Assembly (NCBI GenBank): GCA_041395005.1
Contig: JAWKHE010000003.1
Location: 104,727-168,726 of the forward strand
Direction of reading: 5' to 3'
DNA from: Methanolobus sp.
Lineage (GTDB): Archaea > Halobacteriota > Methanosarcinia > Methanosarcinales > Methanosarcinaceae
Length of the DNA stretch: 64,000 bases
A program made the translations under genes and the position numbers. Positions 25,174 through 37,704 of the stretch are shown piece by piece. Under the pieces are notes generated by a model. It did no database searches. It was not told the origin of the DNA and worked only from the letters and a program-made list of their open reading frames with translations. Within the stretch, counting starts at the first letter, position 1; the number at the start of each line of letters is the position of its first letter.

Positions 25174-25953
25174 TTATCTCAGGCTTTTGAGTTCAGCAAT
25201 CCCGGGTGCTTTCTGTTTGTGCAGGTTCACATTAATTCTTTTAATTACCGAATCTCTCTGTTCTTTTGTGACTCCTACGGTATTCTGTGCCACCTGCGGA
25301 GTTTCACCTTCCATCACAAGGGCAAGGAACCTGTCCACCAGTTCGTAGGTTATTCCCAGCTCATCCTCATCGGTCTGGTCTTCCCATAACCTTGCAGAAG
25401 GTGCTTTTGTGATTATCTCTTCAGGAACTCCCATGAGTTTTGACATTTCCCTTACCTCTGTTTTGTAGAGGTCGCCTATGGGTTCGATGTCAACTCCTCC
25501 ATCGCCGTATTTTGTGAAATATCCAAGAAGAATCTCGGTTTTGTTCCCGGTTCCCATTACCATACGTGACATCATGTTGGCATAGTAATAAAGCACACAC
25601 ATTCTTATTCTGGCCTTGAGGTTACCGTTGCAGTGTGAATTATCGGTGGAGCTTTCAGGAATGGAATTCATGAATCCATCCAGAATCTCCGAGATATTTA
25701 CCGTCTTAAACTCGATTCCAAGCCTGCTTGCAACTTCAGTTGCATCCAGTACATCTTCTGCCGGTGTGAGGTTGAGTTCAGGCATGTGTATTCCAAGGAC
25801 ATTTTCCTTTCCCAGGGCTTCAACTGTAAGGTAAGCTGTAAGCGCAGAGTCTATTCCTCCGCTAAGGCCAACAACGGCACCTTTAACTCCTGCTTCCTTT
25901 GTTTTTTCCCTGATAAATTCCACGATGATATTTTCAGCTTTTTCAATGTCCAT
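25174..25953 (-). CDS. nadE: NH3-dependent NAD+ synthetase
   Basis: SGGIDS, GNLKARIRM, GYFTKYGDG, LYKTEV. Confidence 0.96.
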   Translation of the reverse strand: MDIEKAENIIVEFIREKTKEAGVKGAVVGLSGGIDSALTAYLTVEALGKENVLGIHMPELNLTPAEDVLDATEVASRLGIEFKTVNISEILDGFMNSIPESSTDNSHCNGNLKARIRMCVLYYYANMMSRMVMGTGNKTEILLGYFTKYGDGGVDIEPIGDLYKTEVREMSKLMGVPEEIITKAPSARLWEDQTDEDELGITYELVDRFLALVMEGETPQVAQNTVGVTKEQRDSVIKRINVNLHKQKAPGIAELKSLR

Positions 25954-25999
25954 ATTATCAAGCCTGCCAGACCTATTATTGGGATCTTATCAATTATAC

Positions 26000-26707
26000 T
26001 TATCTATTGGTTTTTGAAGAAAGCAGTTTGATCCCTTCTCCCGTGATGCTGTAATTTGTAAAATCCAGGGATATTTCCGTGTCTCTCATTTTTGGGATGT
26101 ACATGAGCCTTTCCATCTTTCCGGTATAGGGATTTTCTTTTGTCATCAGGCGGATGGTTCCGTAGGTTGAATACTCCGCTATCCTGTGTGTGAGCTCGTG
26201 TGCTGTTGCATCCATTATTATAAGGGAAGTCTGTTTTGCTTCTGAGAATACGTAAATAAGGGTTTCAAGTTTATCCCTGAATTCTTTAAGTTCTTCCCCA
26301 ATTGAAAAGGTACCAATGTTGTCAAACACAATTATTTCTGTATCTTCCGGTAACATATATCTGACATTTTGCGGGTCACTGGCGTTAGATATAATATTTC
26401 CATATTTTTCATCTGCACTGCTTAATCGTTTCTCAAGTATCCTTATTATTGTGAGTTGACCATTTTCCACGAAGGGTTCAATGTCTAAACCGATAGATTT
26501 TCCATGATTTATTATCTTTTCAGGTGTTTCCTCGGTTGCCATTATTGCACATTTTTTACCTTCCATACAGGCATTATAAAGAAAATGAATTCCAAATATT
26601 GTTTTACCCGTGCCAGGTTCCCCTGTTAACAGGATTGATTCTCCTTCAGGAAAACCTCCCTGTATTTTCTTATCGACATCAGGTATTCCACTGGATAACC
26701 TTTTCAT
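26000..26707 (-). CDS. KaiC/RAD55-family ATPase
   Basis: GEPGTGKT, ATEE, IPKMR. Confidence 0.9.
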   Translation of the reverse strand: MKRLSSGIPDVDKKIQGGFPEGESILLTGEPGTGKTIFGIHFLYNACMEGKKCAIMATEETPEKIINHGKSIGLDIEPFVENGQLTIIRILEKRLSSADEKYGNIISNASDPQNVRYMLPEDTEIIVFDNIGTFSIGEELKEFRDKLETLIYVFSEAKQTSLIIMDATAHELTHRIAEYSTYGTIRLMTKENPYTGKMERLMYIPKMRDTEISLDFTNYSITGEGIKLLSSKTNR

Positions 26708-26730
26708 ATCCTTTTCTCCTAAACATTTCC

Positions 26731-27447
26731 TTACCTGCCTGTTTTTGGTGGTAGCAGTTTGATCCCTTCTTCAGTTATGTCATAGCTTATGGGTTCCATG
26801 GAGAGCTTTGTGCCTCTCATTTTAGGAATATACATGAATCTTTCCATCTTTCCTGTGTAGGGATTCTCTTTAAGCATCAGCCTGATGGTGCCATATGTAG
26901 AATATTCTGCTATCCTGTGTGTGAGTTCATGCGCAGTGGCATCCATTGCTATTAAGGATGTCCTTTTTTGTTTTGATAGGAGGTAAGCCAGCACGTCGAC
27001 TTTGTCCCTGAATTCTTTAAGTTCGACACCAATTGAAAATGTTCCCATATTATCAAGAACGACAACATCAATGTCTTCCTGCATCAAATGAATGAGATTA
27101 CTGATGTCATCGATCTGCATGTAATTTCCGTTGTCCTCTTCATCAATATCAAATGCTCTCATTTCCAGAAAACGTATCATTGTAAGCTGTCCATTTTCCA
27201 CAAAGGGTTCCAGATCAAATTCCAATGCTTTTGCATGCTCAACTATTTTTTCAGGTGTTTCTTCAGTTGCAATCATGGCACATTTCTTACCCTCTTTGCA
27301 AGCGGTGTAAATGAATTGGATGCCGAAAATTGTTTTTCCGGCACCAGGTTCTCCGGTTATAAGAATACACTCTCCTTCTGGAAATCCTCCCTGTAATTTT
27401 TTATCTAAATCTTTAATTCCTGTTGATAATCTGGACATGTCTATCAT
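26731..27447 (-). CDS. KaiC/RAD55-family ATPase, tandem paralog
   Basis: STGIKDLD, GEPGAGKT, PKMRG; long peptides identical to the neighbour. Confidence 0.9.
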   Translation of the reverse strand: MIDMSRLSTGIKDLDKKLQGGFPEGECILITGEPGAGKTIFGIQFIYTACKEGKKCAMIATEETPEKIVEHAKALEFDLEPFVENGQLTMIRFLEMRAFDIDEEDNGNYMQIDDISNLIHLMQEDIDVVVLDNMGTFSIGVELKEFRDKVDVLAYLLSKQKRTSLIAMDATAHELTHRIAEYSTYGTIRLMLKENPYTGKMERFMYIPKMRGTKLSMEPISYDITEEGIKLLPPKTGR

Positions 27448-27568
27448 CTCGTATTTTGCAATTGTTGAACAGTACTGATATACAGTCAATTATATAAAAA
27501 TACTGTGAGATATTTGAATAGAAATATGACAAAGAATTATCTATCTTCAGCAAGTATCTGCTACTATT

Positions 27569-28048
27569 ATGGACTACTACATTGCAGATTCTGCAGTCTT
27601 TATAATGGGTAGCGGAATCGAACCATACAGGATTATAACAATTCCTTCCGTTGTCAACGAATTAAAGAGCAGCGAAGCTTCAATGCGCTTTGATCTTGCC
27701 CGGGAAAGTGGTGCCCGGGTTGAAATGCCCGATGAACAGTACCGGGAAAAAGTGATGCAGGTTGCAAAAAAAACACGGGATTGTGAAGAGTTGTCTGAAA
27801 CTGATATTGATATTCTTGCCAAGGCACTGGAATACAAAGATAATTCTGTGCTGCTGACAGATGATTACGCAGTCCAGAATGTTGCCAGGGTAATCGGTAT
27901 TGAATTTAGGCCGGTGGCGCAGAAAAAAATAAAGGATGTACTTGTATGGCAAAAGCAATGTGTTGGTTGTCGCAGGTGCTTTGACAGCGGGGAAATCTGT
28001 CCTGTTTGTGGTTCAGCGTTAAAGAAAAGGCGCAAAAGAAAAATATAA
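27569..28048 (+). CDS. nob1: Nob1-family PIN endonuclease
   Basis: DSAVF, LSETD, TDDYAVQNVA, C-terminal Zn ribbon. Confidence 0.92.
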   Translation: MDYYIADSAVFIMGSGIEPYRIITIPSVVNELKSSEASMRFDLARESGARVEMPDEQYREKVMQVAKKTRDCEELSETDIDILAKALEYKDNSVLLTDDYAVQNVARVIGIEFRPVAQKKIKDVLVWQKQCVGCRRCFDSGEICPVCGSALKKRRKRKI

Positions 28049-28104
28049 CATCTCTGTTGATATATACTAAATTATAGAGTTAAACATGAATATGCGGGAT
28101 TCTT

Positions 28105-28722
28105 ATGAAGAATATCGAGAAACTAATCCAGAAAGCCCTTGAATTGCAGGCTAACGGCCTGGTCACAAGGCAAATTGCAGACGAGCTTAATGTTTCCAGG
28201 GAAACCGTAACATGGCTGCTGACCCGTGCAAAAAAGGAAGAAGCATCCCCTGCACCTAAAGATATATCTGTTAATTGGAGCAGTATTGGAAAGAGTGCAT
28301 ATCGTACAAGGCATGTGGGAATTGCCATGTGTGATATGGTTCTTGATACCATAGAAGCTGCAGACAGCGATATTGATCTGGTTGTAGGTGTAGGACTTAG
28401 TGGTGTTCCTCTTGCTACCCTTATTTCAGAGGAACTGGGAACCGAACTTTCAGTCTATCATTCATACAACGAAAAGGATGACGGTTCTAAATTGCAGGGA
28501 GCATTCAGCAGGAATTTTGCAGGCATTAAGGGCAAGAAATGCATTATAGTTGATGATGTAATCACAACCGGTAACACCATGAAAGATGTAGTTACCCATC
28601 TTCGCAGCTCCGGTGCCAAGCCACTGGCCATTGCAGTACTTGTTGACAAGAGCGGCTCTGATTCAATATCCGAAGTCCCTGTAAATGCAATGGTACGCAT
28701 TGTCCGTGTGGACTGCTGCTAA
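28105..28722 (+). CDS. HTH + phosphoribosyltransferase (PyrE-like/GfcR) protein
   Basis: [19 protein letters not shown] and [13 protein letters not shown] motif. Confidence 0.88.
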   Translation: MKNIEKLIQKALELQANGLVTRQIADELNVSRETVTWLLTRAKKEEASPAPKDISVNWSSIGKSAYRTRHVGIAMCDMVLDTIEAADSDIDLVVGVGLSGVPLATLISEELGTELSVYHSYNEKDDGSKLQGAFSRNFAGIKGKKCIIVDDVITTGNTMKDVVTHLRSSGAKPLAIAVLVDKSGSDSISEVPVNAMVRIVRVDCC

Positions 28723-28758
28723 GTTAAGCAAAAAAATAAATAAATTATTGCGTAGGAG

Positions 28759-30881
28759 TTATTCTACTCCTACTGAACCTATTTTTTCAACGAGTTTTGA
28801 GAGCACCTCAGTGCGCATACCCTGTACGAATTTGATACTTCCTACTACCAGGTGTCCTCCACCATTGACTCCACCACCTTTTACTTCCTCATAGAGTTCT
28901 CTTACCATCTGCGGTATGTTCATCAGTACTCCCTTTGAGCGAATTACAGCAAAGTCAGGTCCGTATCCTATGGTTACAACAGGTCTGTCTTCGTATTTCT
29001 TACACAATCTATCGTGGACTTCACCTGATGTCTTCCCTGGTGGTGGGAATGTGAATGTGTGAGCATGGTTCTCCACGTCCAGCACATTGAGGATCGCACC
29101 ATTTGGAAGGTCCTGGGATTTCACATGGGCCATACAGACATCCATCTGTTCGGCTATCATCTCGTTTGCCTGTTCGCAAAGCACGGTGACAAGGTTCTTG
29201 TGTATAGTATGGTCACCAAAGTCCAGGATATCGTCTACGATGCCTTTTCCAGTGTTGAACTTAAGCCAGTATGCTGCAAAATCAAGGGCAAGTGCCATGT
29301 CTCTCAGGTGTTGCTCGGTATACCTGTCAGATACCAGTTCTATGTATCTCCTTGCCTCTTCCGCTTCTGAGCGGTCACCAAGGGCTGCTACTGCAGGGAG
29401 ATGTCTGATCTCATTTTCAACGTTGACATTTATCATGCGTGCTACTTCGGTACAGAGCATACCTGCCGTCATACCGAAATCTCCTCCGACGTGTGCCGGG
29501 TTGACATGGGTCAAAAGGTATTCATCAACCACATCGTCTGGGTGATGGTGGTCCATGACTATCATCTGGATGCCGTATACCTTTGCCTGTCTCATTGCAG
29601 CCACGTTCTCGTTGGAGGAGCCGTTATCCACACTTATTACAAGAGGCATCTTCTGCCCGTGTCTTGCCACATCTTCAAGGGCAAATCCAATATCACGGAC
29701 AACATCCGTCATCTCATAGAATGGTGCCTTTGAAGGTGCACGTTTGTAAAAATAATATTCCCCGTCAGCTCCATTGACTTCTTTTATTAGTGGAATGATC
29801 GCTTTTTCAATGGCAAGGCCTGCTGTCATACCATCTGCATCGGCATGGTGGCGCAAAAGTATAGGTGTGGATTTGATGATTGCCTTTCTTATTTCCTTTG
29901 CAGCTTTCTTCATGATAGGCCTGAGATTTTCAAGAACCTCGCTTTCCACCATGAATTCAATCTCATAGGGCTCTGCCCTTTTGTCAATGGCAGCCTCTAT
30001 TCTCTTGAGGACCTCTGCTTCTTTTGGTCCGGTGAGCTTTTTCATGCTCTTGACCTCGAGCTGGAAGCTGTCTCCACGGGCTGATATCTCTCCGGTGGCT
30101 GTGACTATCATGTCGGAGTCGATCTCCGGATATGCCCTTTCGCCAGCACTCTCAAAGGCTGCACCGGATATCTGTCCAGTCTCATCTGCGATTGTAAAAA
30201 TAGTAGGTCCGGCAGTTTGCTTGACCTGTATGATCTCTCCTTCGACCCTTACAGTCTGACCAATCAGTTTAGGCATCTCGCTTGCCAGTCTGACGGGAAT
30301 GTTCTTTTCAAGTTCCACTGTCTGGTATTCCTTAAGCTTACGTGGTACAAGGTCCATCTTACCTCTTGGTTTGATCTCCTTGAGACTTACGATGACAGGT
30401 TCTCCTACTTCAAGAGGACCTTGCATGTTACTGGTATGTATAAGGCCCCTTAGGTTGGAATTAAGATCAACGAAGACACCAAAATCAGCAATGTTCCTGA
30501 CAGCAGCATGATACATTTTGCCCACTTCCAGCTCATCCAGTGTGCAGGAATTATCAAGTTTATAGACGATCTGTTTTTTGCGCAGGGCTGGCATACCTCA
30601 TCCCCCTGGTAAGGACCATCCATTTCAGTTCCGCATATCTTGCATTTGTAAAAAGCACCTTTACCGGAACATGTCGGGCATGTCTCACGTTCTTCAATTT
30701 CCCCGGTTCCACCACATTTTGTGCAGGAGGATCCGTTTTTCAAAAAATTAGCCATATCTTTCTCTGAAAGTTTCATAAAGTCTACAGACTTTGATTTCCC
30801 AGTCCCTTTGCAATCCGGGCATTTGGACGTGCCTTTGACACTGTATCCTTTCCCGTTGCATTCTGTACATTTCTCGCTCAT
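28759..30881 (-). CDS. RecJ-like DHH phosphoesterase with DnaJ-type Zn finger, S1 and OB domains (frameshift near 30590)
   Basis: CxxCxGxG repeats, HHADADG, DNGS, DHHH, GGGH. Confidence 0.9.
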
Positions 30882-31068
30882 TGTATCTAGTCTTAAATAG
30901 TAAACGTTGGATTTATGTGTTTGCGTGGGTAAATGAGCAATAAAGTGGAGAAATATTTATATCTTTAATTAATATATTCTTTTATTGATTGCGTTTTTGA
31001 AAAATTGTTTGAAATTATTAACATCAAAATCAATCACATTAATAAACGATAAATGAGTTCTATAATCT

Positions 31069-31180
31069 GTTGGGTCTGAAATGTTATTTCAATAATAACA
31101 ACTGCTTTCATGCTTTCGTGTACATCCCCTCAAACAAAATTCAGACCCAGCCTTCTATAAATTATTATCCTCTTTTTATA
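31069..31180 (+). ncRNA. Candidate small RNA
   Basis: TATA-like TTAATAAA near 31039; 12-bp terminal stem 31069-31080/31140-31151; downstream T-tract. Confidence 0.35.
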
Positions 31181-31290
31181 TTCTCTTTCACTAACCCTTA
31201 ATTATTTCATGTGATGCAGCGGTATATTTTTAAGAAGTATCTCTCCTATATATATGTGAAGTTATTCAGGAGAGTGATTCTATACCTTTG

Positions 31291-32049
31291 ATGGATTTTA
31301 TTTTACCTTTAGCTATTGTGGCGGTTTTTATACTGTCAAAAGCTATCAAGATCGTTAATGAATATGAGCGTGTGGTTATCTTCCGTCTGGGGCGGCTGAG
31401 TGGTATTAAAGGACCAGGATTGTTTCTTATAATTCCTGTAATTGATACCGTGGTAAAGATTGACCTGCGTGTTGTAACTATTGATGTTCCAAAGCAGGCT
31501 GTAATAACAAAGGATAACGTTACCGTAGCTGTTGACGCAGTTATTTATTACCAGGTAATTGATCCTTCTAGAGCCGTTAATGAGGTTGAAAACTACAAGT
31601 ATGCAACCGCCATGCTTTCACAGACCACCTTACGTGATGTTATCGGCCAGCTTGAGCTTGATGATGTTCTTTCTGACAGGGAAAATGTTAACAGGAACAT
31701 TCAGGAGCAGCTGGATATTTCCACAGATCCCTGGGGCATCAAGGTAACCGGTGTGACCCTTCGTGATGTAAGCATTGATGATACTATGCTCCGTGCAATT
31801 GCCAAGCAGGCAGAGGCAGAGCGTGAGAAGCGTTCACGTATTATACTTGCAGATGGTGAGTTCATTGCAGCTGAAAAGATGAAGCAGGCTGCACAGTTAT
31901 ACCAGGAAGTGCCGGTGAGTCTGAAGCTCAGGGAACTGCAGACATATGCTGAAATTGCAAGGGAGCGTAATCTCATTGTGGTATCAAATTCAAGTGATGT
32001 TGCGGATATTGCTGCCATGTCAAAAGCCTTTGCAAAGAATACGGAATGA
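31291..32049 (+). CDS. Stomatin/SPFH (slipin) protein
   Basis: EYERVVIFRLG, ITKDNVTV, AEAEREKR, LRELQT. Confidence 0.95.
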   Translation: MDFILPLAIVAVFILSKAIKIVNEYERVVIFRLGRLSGIKGPGLFLIIPVIDTVVKIDLRVVTIDVPKQAVITKDNVTVAVDAVIYYQVIDPSRAVNEVENYKYATAMLSQTTLRDVIGQLELDDVLSDRENVNRNIQEQLDISTDPWGIKVTGVTLRDVSIDDTMLRAIAKQAEAEREKRSRIILADGEFIAAEKMKQAAQLYQEVPVSLKLRELQTYAEIARERNLIVVSNSSDVADIAAMSKAFAKNTE

Positions 32050-33404
32050 AGGAGGAATGCATGAAGCATAAGTGCCGGTCATACCTGAGCACTTTTCTTT
32101 TTTTTATTTTACTCCTGTCCCTGTTCACAGGTTTTGCCTGTGCTGCCGGGGAACAGAAAGTGCTGGTACTTGAGATATCTGATTCCATTACACCTGTAAC
32201 AGATGATATGGTAGCCGATGCCATAGCATTTGCAGAAAATGATGATTACGAAGTTCTTTTAATCACGCTGAACACTCCCGGCGGGAATCTGGATGAAACC
32301 CTTGATATCATCGAGCAGATAGCTGCAACCGATGTCCCGGTGGTGGGATTTGTCTATCCTGAAGGTACAAAGGCATGGTCTGCAGGCACACTCATACTGA
32401 TCAGTACTGATGTGGCTGCAATGGCACCTTATACTATAATAGGTTCCGCGCAGCCGGTAACGGTTACCGCAAGTGGCAGCGAACCTGTTGAGGAAGAGAA
32501 GATCATAAATGCTCTTGTAAAAAGGGCTACTGAAAATGCAAAAAAGTTTGGGCGAAACCAGACTGCTGCAGAGGAATTTATAACAGAAAACCTGAATCTT
32601 GATGCTGAAAAAGCACTTGAGTATGAGGTAATTGAGTATGTGTCTCCTTCAATTGAAGACCTTATGACTCAGATAGACGGTACAGAGGTAAAAGGTAAAG
32701 TCCTTGCGACTGATGGTGCTTCTGTCACATACTATGAACCATCCCTGAAGCTTGCTTTTATGAACATTATCTCAAACCCTATTGTTTCTTCCTTGCTCCT
32801 GCTTCTCGGGGTATATGCAATAATACTGGGAATTTCAAATCCGGGGTTTGGTGCTGAACTTTTCGGAGTTGTCGCAATTGCACTGGGACTTATTGGCAGT
32901 GGCTTTGATGTAAATATAGGTGCCTTGTTCCTGATCATAGTTGGAGTTGCCCTTCTTGTTCTGGAGTTTCAGGCGCCGGGATTTGGTGTTTTCGGAATAG
33001 CGGGCCTTGTATGTGTTGTTGCAGGCAGTGTGCTTCTTGCACCAACGGATTTTCCGCGTAACTATACGCCTGCTGAGTTCCAGAGGACATTAATCATATC
33101 GGTGTCAGCACCTACTATCCTTCTTGGCCTTTTCCTGGTATTTATTATCTACAAGGTGTTTGAGGTCAGGAGACAAAGACCACTTTTCGGTGAACTTGTA
33201 GGTGATATAGGCCAGGCACTGGACCCTATTGGAGAAGGGCAGGAAGGTTACATAATTCATCGTGGACAGCACTGGAAAGCACGTTCTTCAGGAATTATAG
33301 AAAAAGGTGATAAGGTAAATATTCTGGAAAAAGATGGTGTTGTTCTTGTGGTTGAAAAATTAAAGGATGAAGCAGAACCTGAAAAAAGGGAATCGGAAAG
33401 TTAA
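32046..33404 (+). CDS. nfeD: NfeD membrane-bound serine protease
   Basis: LNTPGG, AWSAG, IGSAQP, TM bundle, C-terminal OB fold; adjacent to stomatin. Confidence 0.93.
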   Translation: MKEECMKHKCRSYLSTFLFFILLLSLFTGFACAAGEQKVLVLEISDSITPVTDDMVADAIAFAENDDYEVLLITLNTPGGNLDETLDIIEQIAATDVPVVGFVYPEGTKAWSAGTLILISTDVAAMAPYTIIGSAQPVTVTASGSEPVEEEKIINALVKRATENAKKFGRNQTAAEEFITENLNLDAEKALEYEVIEYVSPSIEDLMTQIDGTEVKGKVLATDGASVTYYEPSLKLAFMNIISNPIVSSLLLLLGVYAIILGISNPGFGAELFGVVAIALGLIGSGFDVNIGALFLIIVGVALLVLEFQAPGFGVFGIAGLVCVVAGSVLLAPTDFPRNYTPAEFQRTLIISVSAPTILLGLFLVFIIYKVFEVRRQRPLFGELVGDIGQALDPIGEGQEGYIIHRGQHWKARSSGIIEKGDKVNILEKDGVVLVVEKLKDEAEPEKRESES

Positions 33405-33424
33405 AAGAGAAAGGTTTTGCCTTT

Positions 33425-34741
33425 CTACTTTCTTTTTACCATTTCGACTACACGTCGTTTCTTCTCAATTGCATTGAGGGCCGCTTTATCGATGGCTTTT
33501 TTCATTTCTTCAAAGTCACGGGGATTCTCATCGCCTATCATTTTCTTGATTGGCGTGTAGGCTGATTCCCTGAAGCGTGGTGTGAAATCCCTTGCTTCCC
33601 CGTCAATTATAACTTCGGCTCCGGTGCCCTCCACAACTTTTCCTATGACTGCGATATCCACATCAGCACTTCTGATTGTCTTCATAATATCTTCTGCGTA
33701 TTCCCCGGGTGCAATAATAAGTAAGGCATCAAGGGAAACACCAAGATAATCTATTTCAAGGGATTCAAGCATATCAAGCACTCTTGGGTTGACAAGCTTT
33801 CTCATCTCTTTTTCCTCGAAGATCAGTTTGACACCAGCTGTTCTGGATATCTCCTTTGCATCACCACGAATGCCCCCGTTTGTGACATCAGTCATGGCAT
33901 GAATATGTTTCACAAGACCAGAGTCCAGTAATTTTTCACATGCTTCAAGGAACTTTATGTTGATTGTTTCATCAACAACATCATGCATCTCATAGTAGAG
34001 GGCTGTTGTGGATATTGTTCCGCCACCTGCTCCTTCTGTCATGAGTATGACATCATCAACACGAGTTTGCTCACGGGATGTAAGATCAGTTGAAACACCA
34101 ACAGCACCGACCCCCCCTGTCATACGCTCGCCAATGACCATGTCGCCGCCAATCCTGAGGGTACTGCCTGTAATTAATGGAATATTTGAGAGATCAGAAA
34201 CTGCAGTAATACCTGCAATGTGATCAAAGACCTTTCCAACATCTCCATCATCGGCTACGTGGATATCCGATAGCATTGCAACGGGCCTTGCACCCATGAC
34301 ATATATGTCACGCAGGGCTGCTCTTGCAACGTGGAATCCTGCAAGGAAGGAATAATCGCTGAGTCTGGAATGCATACCGTCTACAGTGAGAATTATGTAT
34401 TCACCACCATCTGATTTTACAACTCCTGAGTCATCAAGGTGTGTGGTATCGACCACTGCTTTTGTTTTTCCTATTACCTCAGCAATCTTTTCGTGAGTGT
34501 AGAAGTCACCAAGACCCCTGGAGCCGACTCCGAATTCTCCCATTGTCACACCTGACACGGTGGGTTCCAGAACATCACCTTTCGGGACAAGGGTTGCTGC
34601 CGGATTCAGTAACGATGGTTGCCTGTGCGAGTTTTCGTGCGTGTTCAGGGCTTGTTTTCTTCCAGTATCCTGGCTGTGAGTTTATCTTCAAGTTCAGGGT
34701 CATTATTTTTGAGCCTCGTTTTGCATAGCCTTCAATATCAT
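33425..34741 (-). CDS. AIR synthase/PurM-like superfamily protein (frameshift near the 5' end)
   Basis: GVGSRGLGDF, DGMHSRLS, AMTDVTNGGIRGD. Confidence 0.85.
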
Positions 34742-34751
34742 TTTTATCCCT

Positions 34752-35349
34752 TCAGCACATGGCAACAAAATTCTTCAGCATTTTAAGACCAATATCCCCG
34801 CTTTTCTCAGGGTGGAACTGGGTCCCTATTACATTGCCTGCATCGTTAACAACTGCAGCTGCAAACTCAGTACCATATTCGCATGATATGAGTGTGTTCT
34901 TTTCCCCGGTGTCACATGGTATGAGTGTACAAAATAAACGAAGGAACCATCCAGTTATCCCATCCAAAGAGGGTGTTGCTGTGTTATTTTTATTGAGTTC
35001 CAGCCCATGTGCGGAACTTTGAGTTCTGAATGCGGGAACCTGAGCACTTTACCATTTACAAGGTCAAGTCCTTCGAGTCACCTTCCTCTGATGTGCTCAT
35101 CATCATTTGTTGTCCAAGACATATTCCAAGCATTGGTTTTACCTGTGACAACATAGTCATCAATGGTCTTTCTGACTTTGTCCATTTCATTGCGTCCCTG
35201 AGATGCACCTACTCCGGGAAGGGATAACTCCATCAGCGCTTTTAATCTCTTCAGGATCGCGATATGATTACGTTTGCCTGCGTGTTCCAACCCCTTTGGA
35301 CACTTCTGAGGTTGCCAAGTCCGTAATCGATGATTACAATCTTCTTCAT
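34752..35349 (-). CDS. hisH: Imidazole glycerol phosphate synthase glutaminase subunit, frameshifted
   Basis: [25 protein letters not shown]. Confidence 0.88.
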
Positions 35350-35460
35350 GTGAGAATTAAAGAAGGTTTTGGTACATGAATGTAACGATTATTGTCAGGA
35401 CAAAGAAGTCTTAAAGAAAAGAGTTCAGAGGGCCAAAAAAAGCCCTGATCAAGTACAAAA

Positions 35461-37452
35461 TTACTCCAGTTTGAATCTGAAATACTTTCCCTGAGATGCT
35501 CAGCCATATCTGAAAGGTCGTTTGCTGAGTCTGAGAGATCTGCCATAATAGAATTCTTCTCTTCTATTGTCATGGAAATCTTCTGGGTACCTTCAGCGGA
35601 TTCCATTGATATTGTAGAAACCTCTTCAACAGAAGCTGTAACCTCCTGTATGGATGCAGATTGTTCTTCAGTGGCTGCTGCAATTTCCTGAGCCATTCTT
35701 GCAATCTCCTCTCCGTTCTTGATAGCTTCCCTGACAGCATTAACAGCCTCATTGATTGATTGGGAACCGGTTTCAACTTTTGTTGTTTCTTCACGGATAG
35801 TGCAACTGCACGCTCTGTTTCTATCTGAACTTCCTTAATGAGATCAGCTATTTCCTTTGCTGCTGAGCCGGACTGCTCAGCAAGTTTGCGCGACCTCGTC
35901 TGCAACAACAGCAAACCCTTTTCCATGCTCGCCTGCACGTGCTGCTTCAATTGCTGCATTTAAGGCAAGCAGGTTTGTCTGGTCTGCAATACCCGTGATC
36001 ATGGTAAGAATTTCACCTATCTGTGCGGATTTCTCATCAAGTCTTTCAATTACTTCCACTGATTCGTATGATGATGATTTTAATTCCATTCATCTGTTCC
36101 AGAAGCAGTTCTGACTGCTGGCTATGTCCATCATCATCTCGTTGGCACCGATTGAAGTTGCTGATGCCAGGGTTGCGTTGTTAGCAATATCCTGGACTGC
36201 ATAAGGTCATATCATTCATTGCACCTGTGATCTCAACAATTTTGCTGGACTGCGAATCAGCACCGGCTGAAATTTCTGATACGTCTCCTCTCATTTCACC
36301 AAAGGCTACCGTGAGTTTTTCAGTATAATCCAGTAAGCCTTCTGCTGTGGCATTAACTGCAGCAGACTTATCCTGCACTTCCTGGATAATTTCCTTGATA
36401 CCGACAACCATCTTATTGATTGCAATTCAGGATTTTCCTATCTCGTCATCAGATTCAGGTACCTGTACTGTCATATCTCCGCCGGCAATATGCTCTGTAA
36501 CATCAAGTATCTGATCAAGTGGCTTTGTCAGTGACTTTGCAATGAAGAGTCCAAGCGCAACAGAGAGAATCAGTCCTATGATTGAAATAATAACTGTATT
36601 GTCAGATGTTTTTCCTGCCAGAAGGCTGACTGCGTCAGGGTATAGCAGATTTGATATATCCCTTCGTTTCTCCGGTGTAGTCTTCAAAAGGTGAAAGCAC
36701 CACAAGGTGTGTTCCGTCATCTGATGTGAAGTAGACAGTTTCACTCTTCTTTAACTGGCTCAACTGTTCCTGTGTTGTCTGGAAAGGATCGTTTTCTACT
36801 GTTGAGGCCAGGAGTCCATTATCACTGGATTCCCATGAAACACTTGATTCATCAGGGAATGTGTATATGTAGTAATCCCAATCCATAGCACTCTGTAGTT
36901 GTCCAAGTACTTATGTTCATCAAATCCGATACCATATTCCACAGAACCAATATGTTCCCCGTTGTAAGTAAGGGTCTGACAACTCTGAAACCATATCCTG
37001 CTTTGCCTTCTTCAAGCCCGGAAACGGTTTGCCTTTTGGAATTTGCTTCATTAACAGTATTTCTGAATGATGAAAGGTCATCTCCATATTTTTCAGGATT
37101 ATGTAGCCTGAGGAATGAAGTGGAATCTGGTAAGTGGAACTGGAACTGTTCTACACCATCTGCTGAAAGTTCTTCAAATACAGGAAAAGTAATTCTGTAA
37201 ACCTTTCCCTGTCTCTCTCTGCAAAAGTTTCAGTATTTCTTCATTTTCAGCTACTGGTATCAGCGCAGTTGAAGCAGTCTGCACCTGAATAGCCATTCTT
37301 TTCTGAACATTTTTATCGACCTGTGCAGCAATATCCTGCTTCTGTGCATCTATGAGTAATTTCTGGTTATAAGCGCCCTGGATTGCAAAAAGAGCAATCA
37401 ACAGCATAGATAATACTATAAAAGAAATTATTATCTTATTTTTAAGTTTCAT
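35461..37452 (-). CDS. Methyl-accepting chemotaxis protein (Cache/HAMP/MA domains), frameshifted
   Basis: [33 protein letters not shown]; HAMP fragment; N-terminal TM. Confidence 0.9.
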
Positions 37453-37704
37453 AAAAAATTCTCCCTAACATCCATCCAATTAAATAGTATATTATTAAAG
37501 TAATAGTGAGGCTTGGTATTAAAATTGCAACTGTGTACTGCTAGAAACTGGCAGTTTTGTGCAGCACTGCACATTATCCTCTGCTTTTCGCTAGCAACAT
37601 GTCTGCTACGTTTTGAAAGATACTGCTGTTTGCACAAAACAATTTTAAGATCAAAATCAATAATTTTAAATATTATATATCTTTCTTAGAGTCCGGTGAT
37701 TTTT

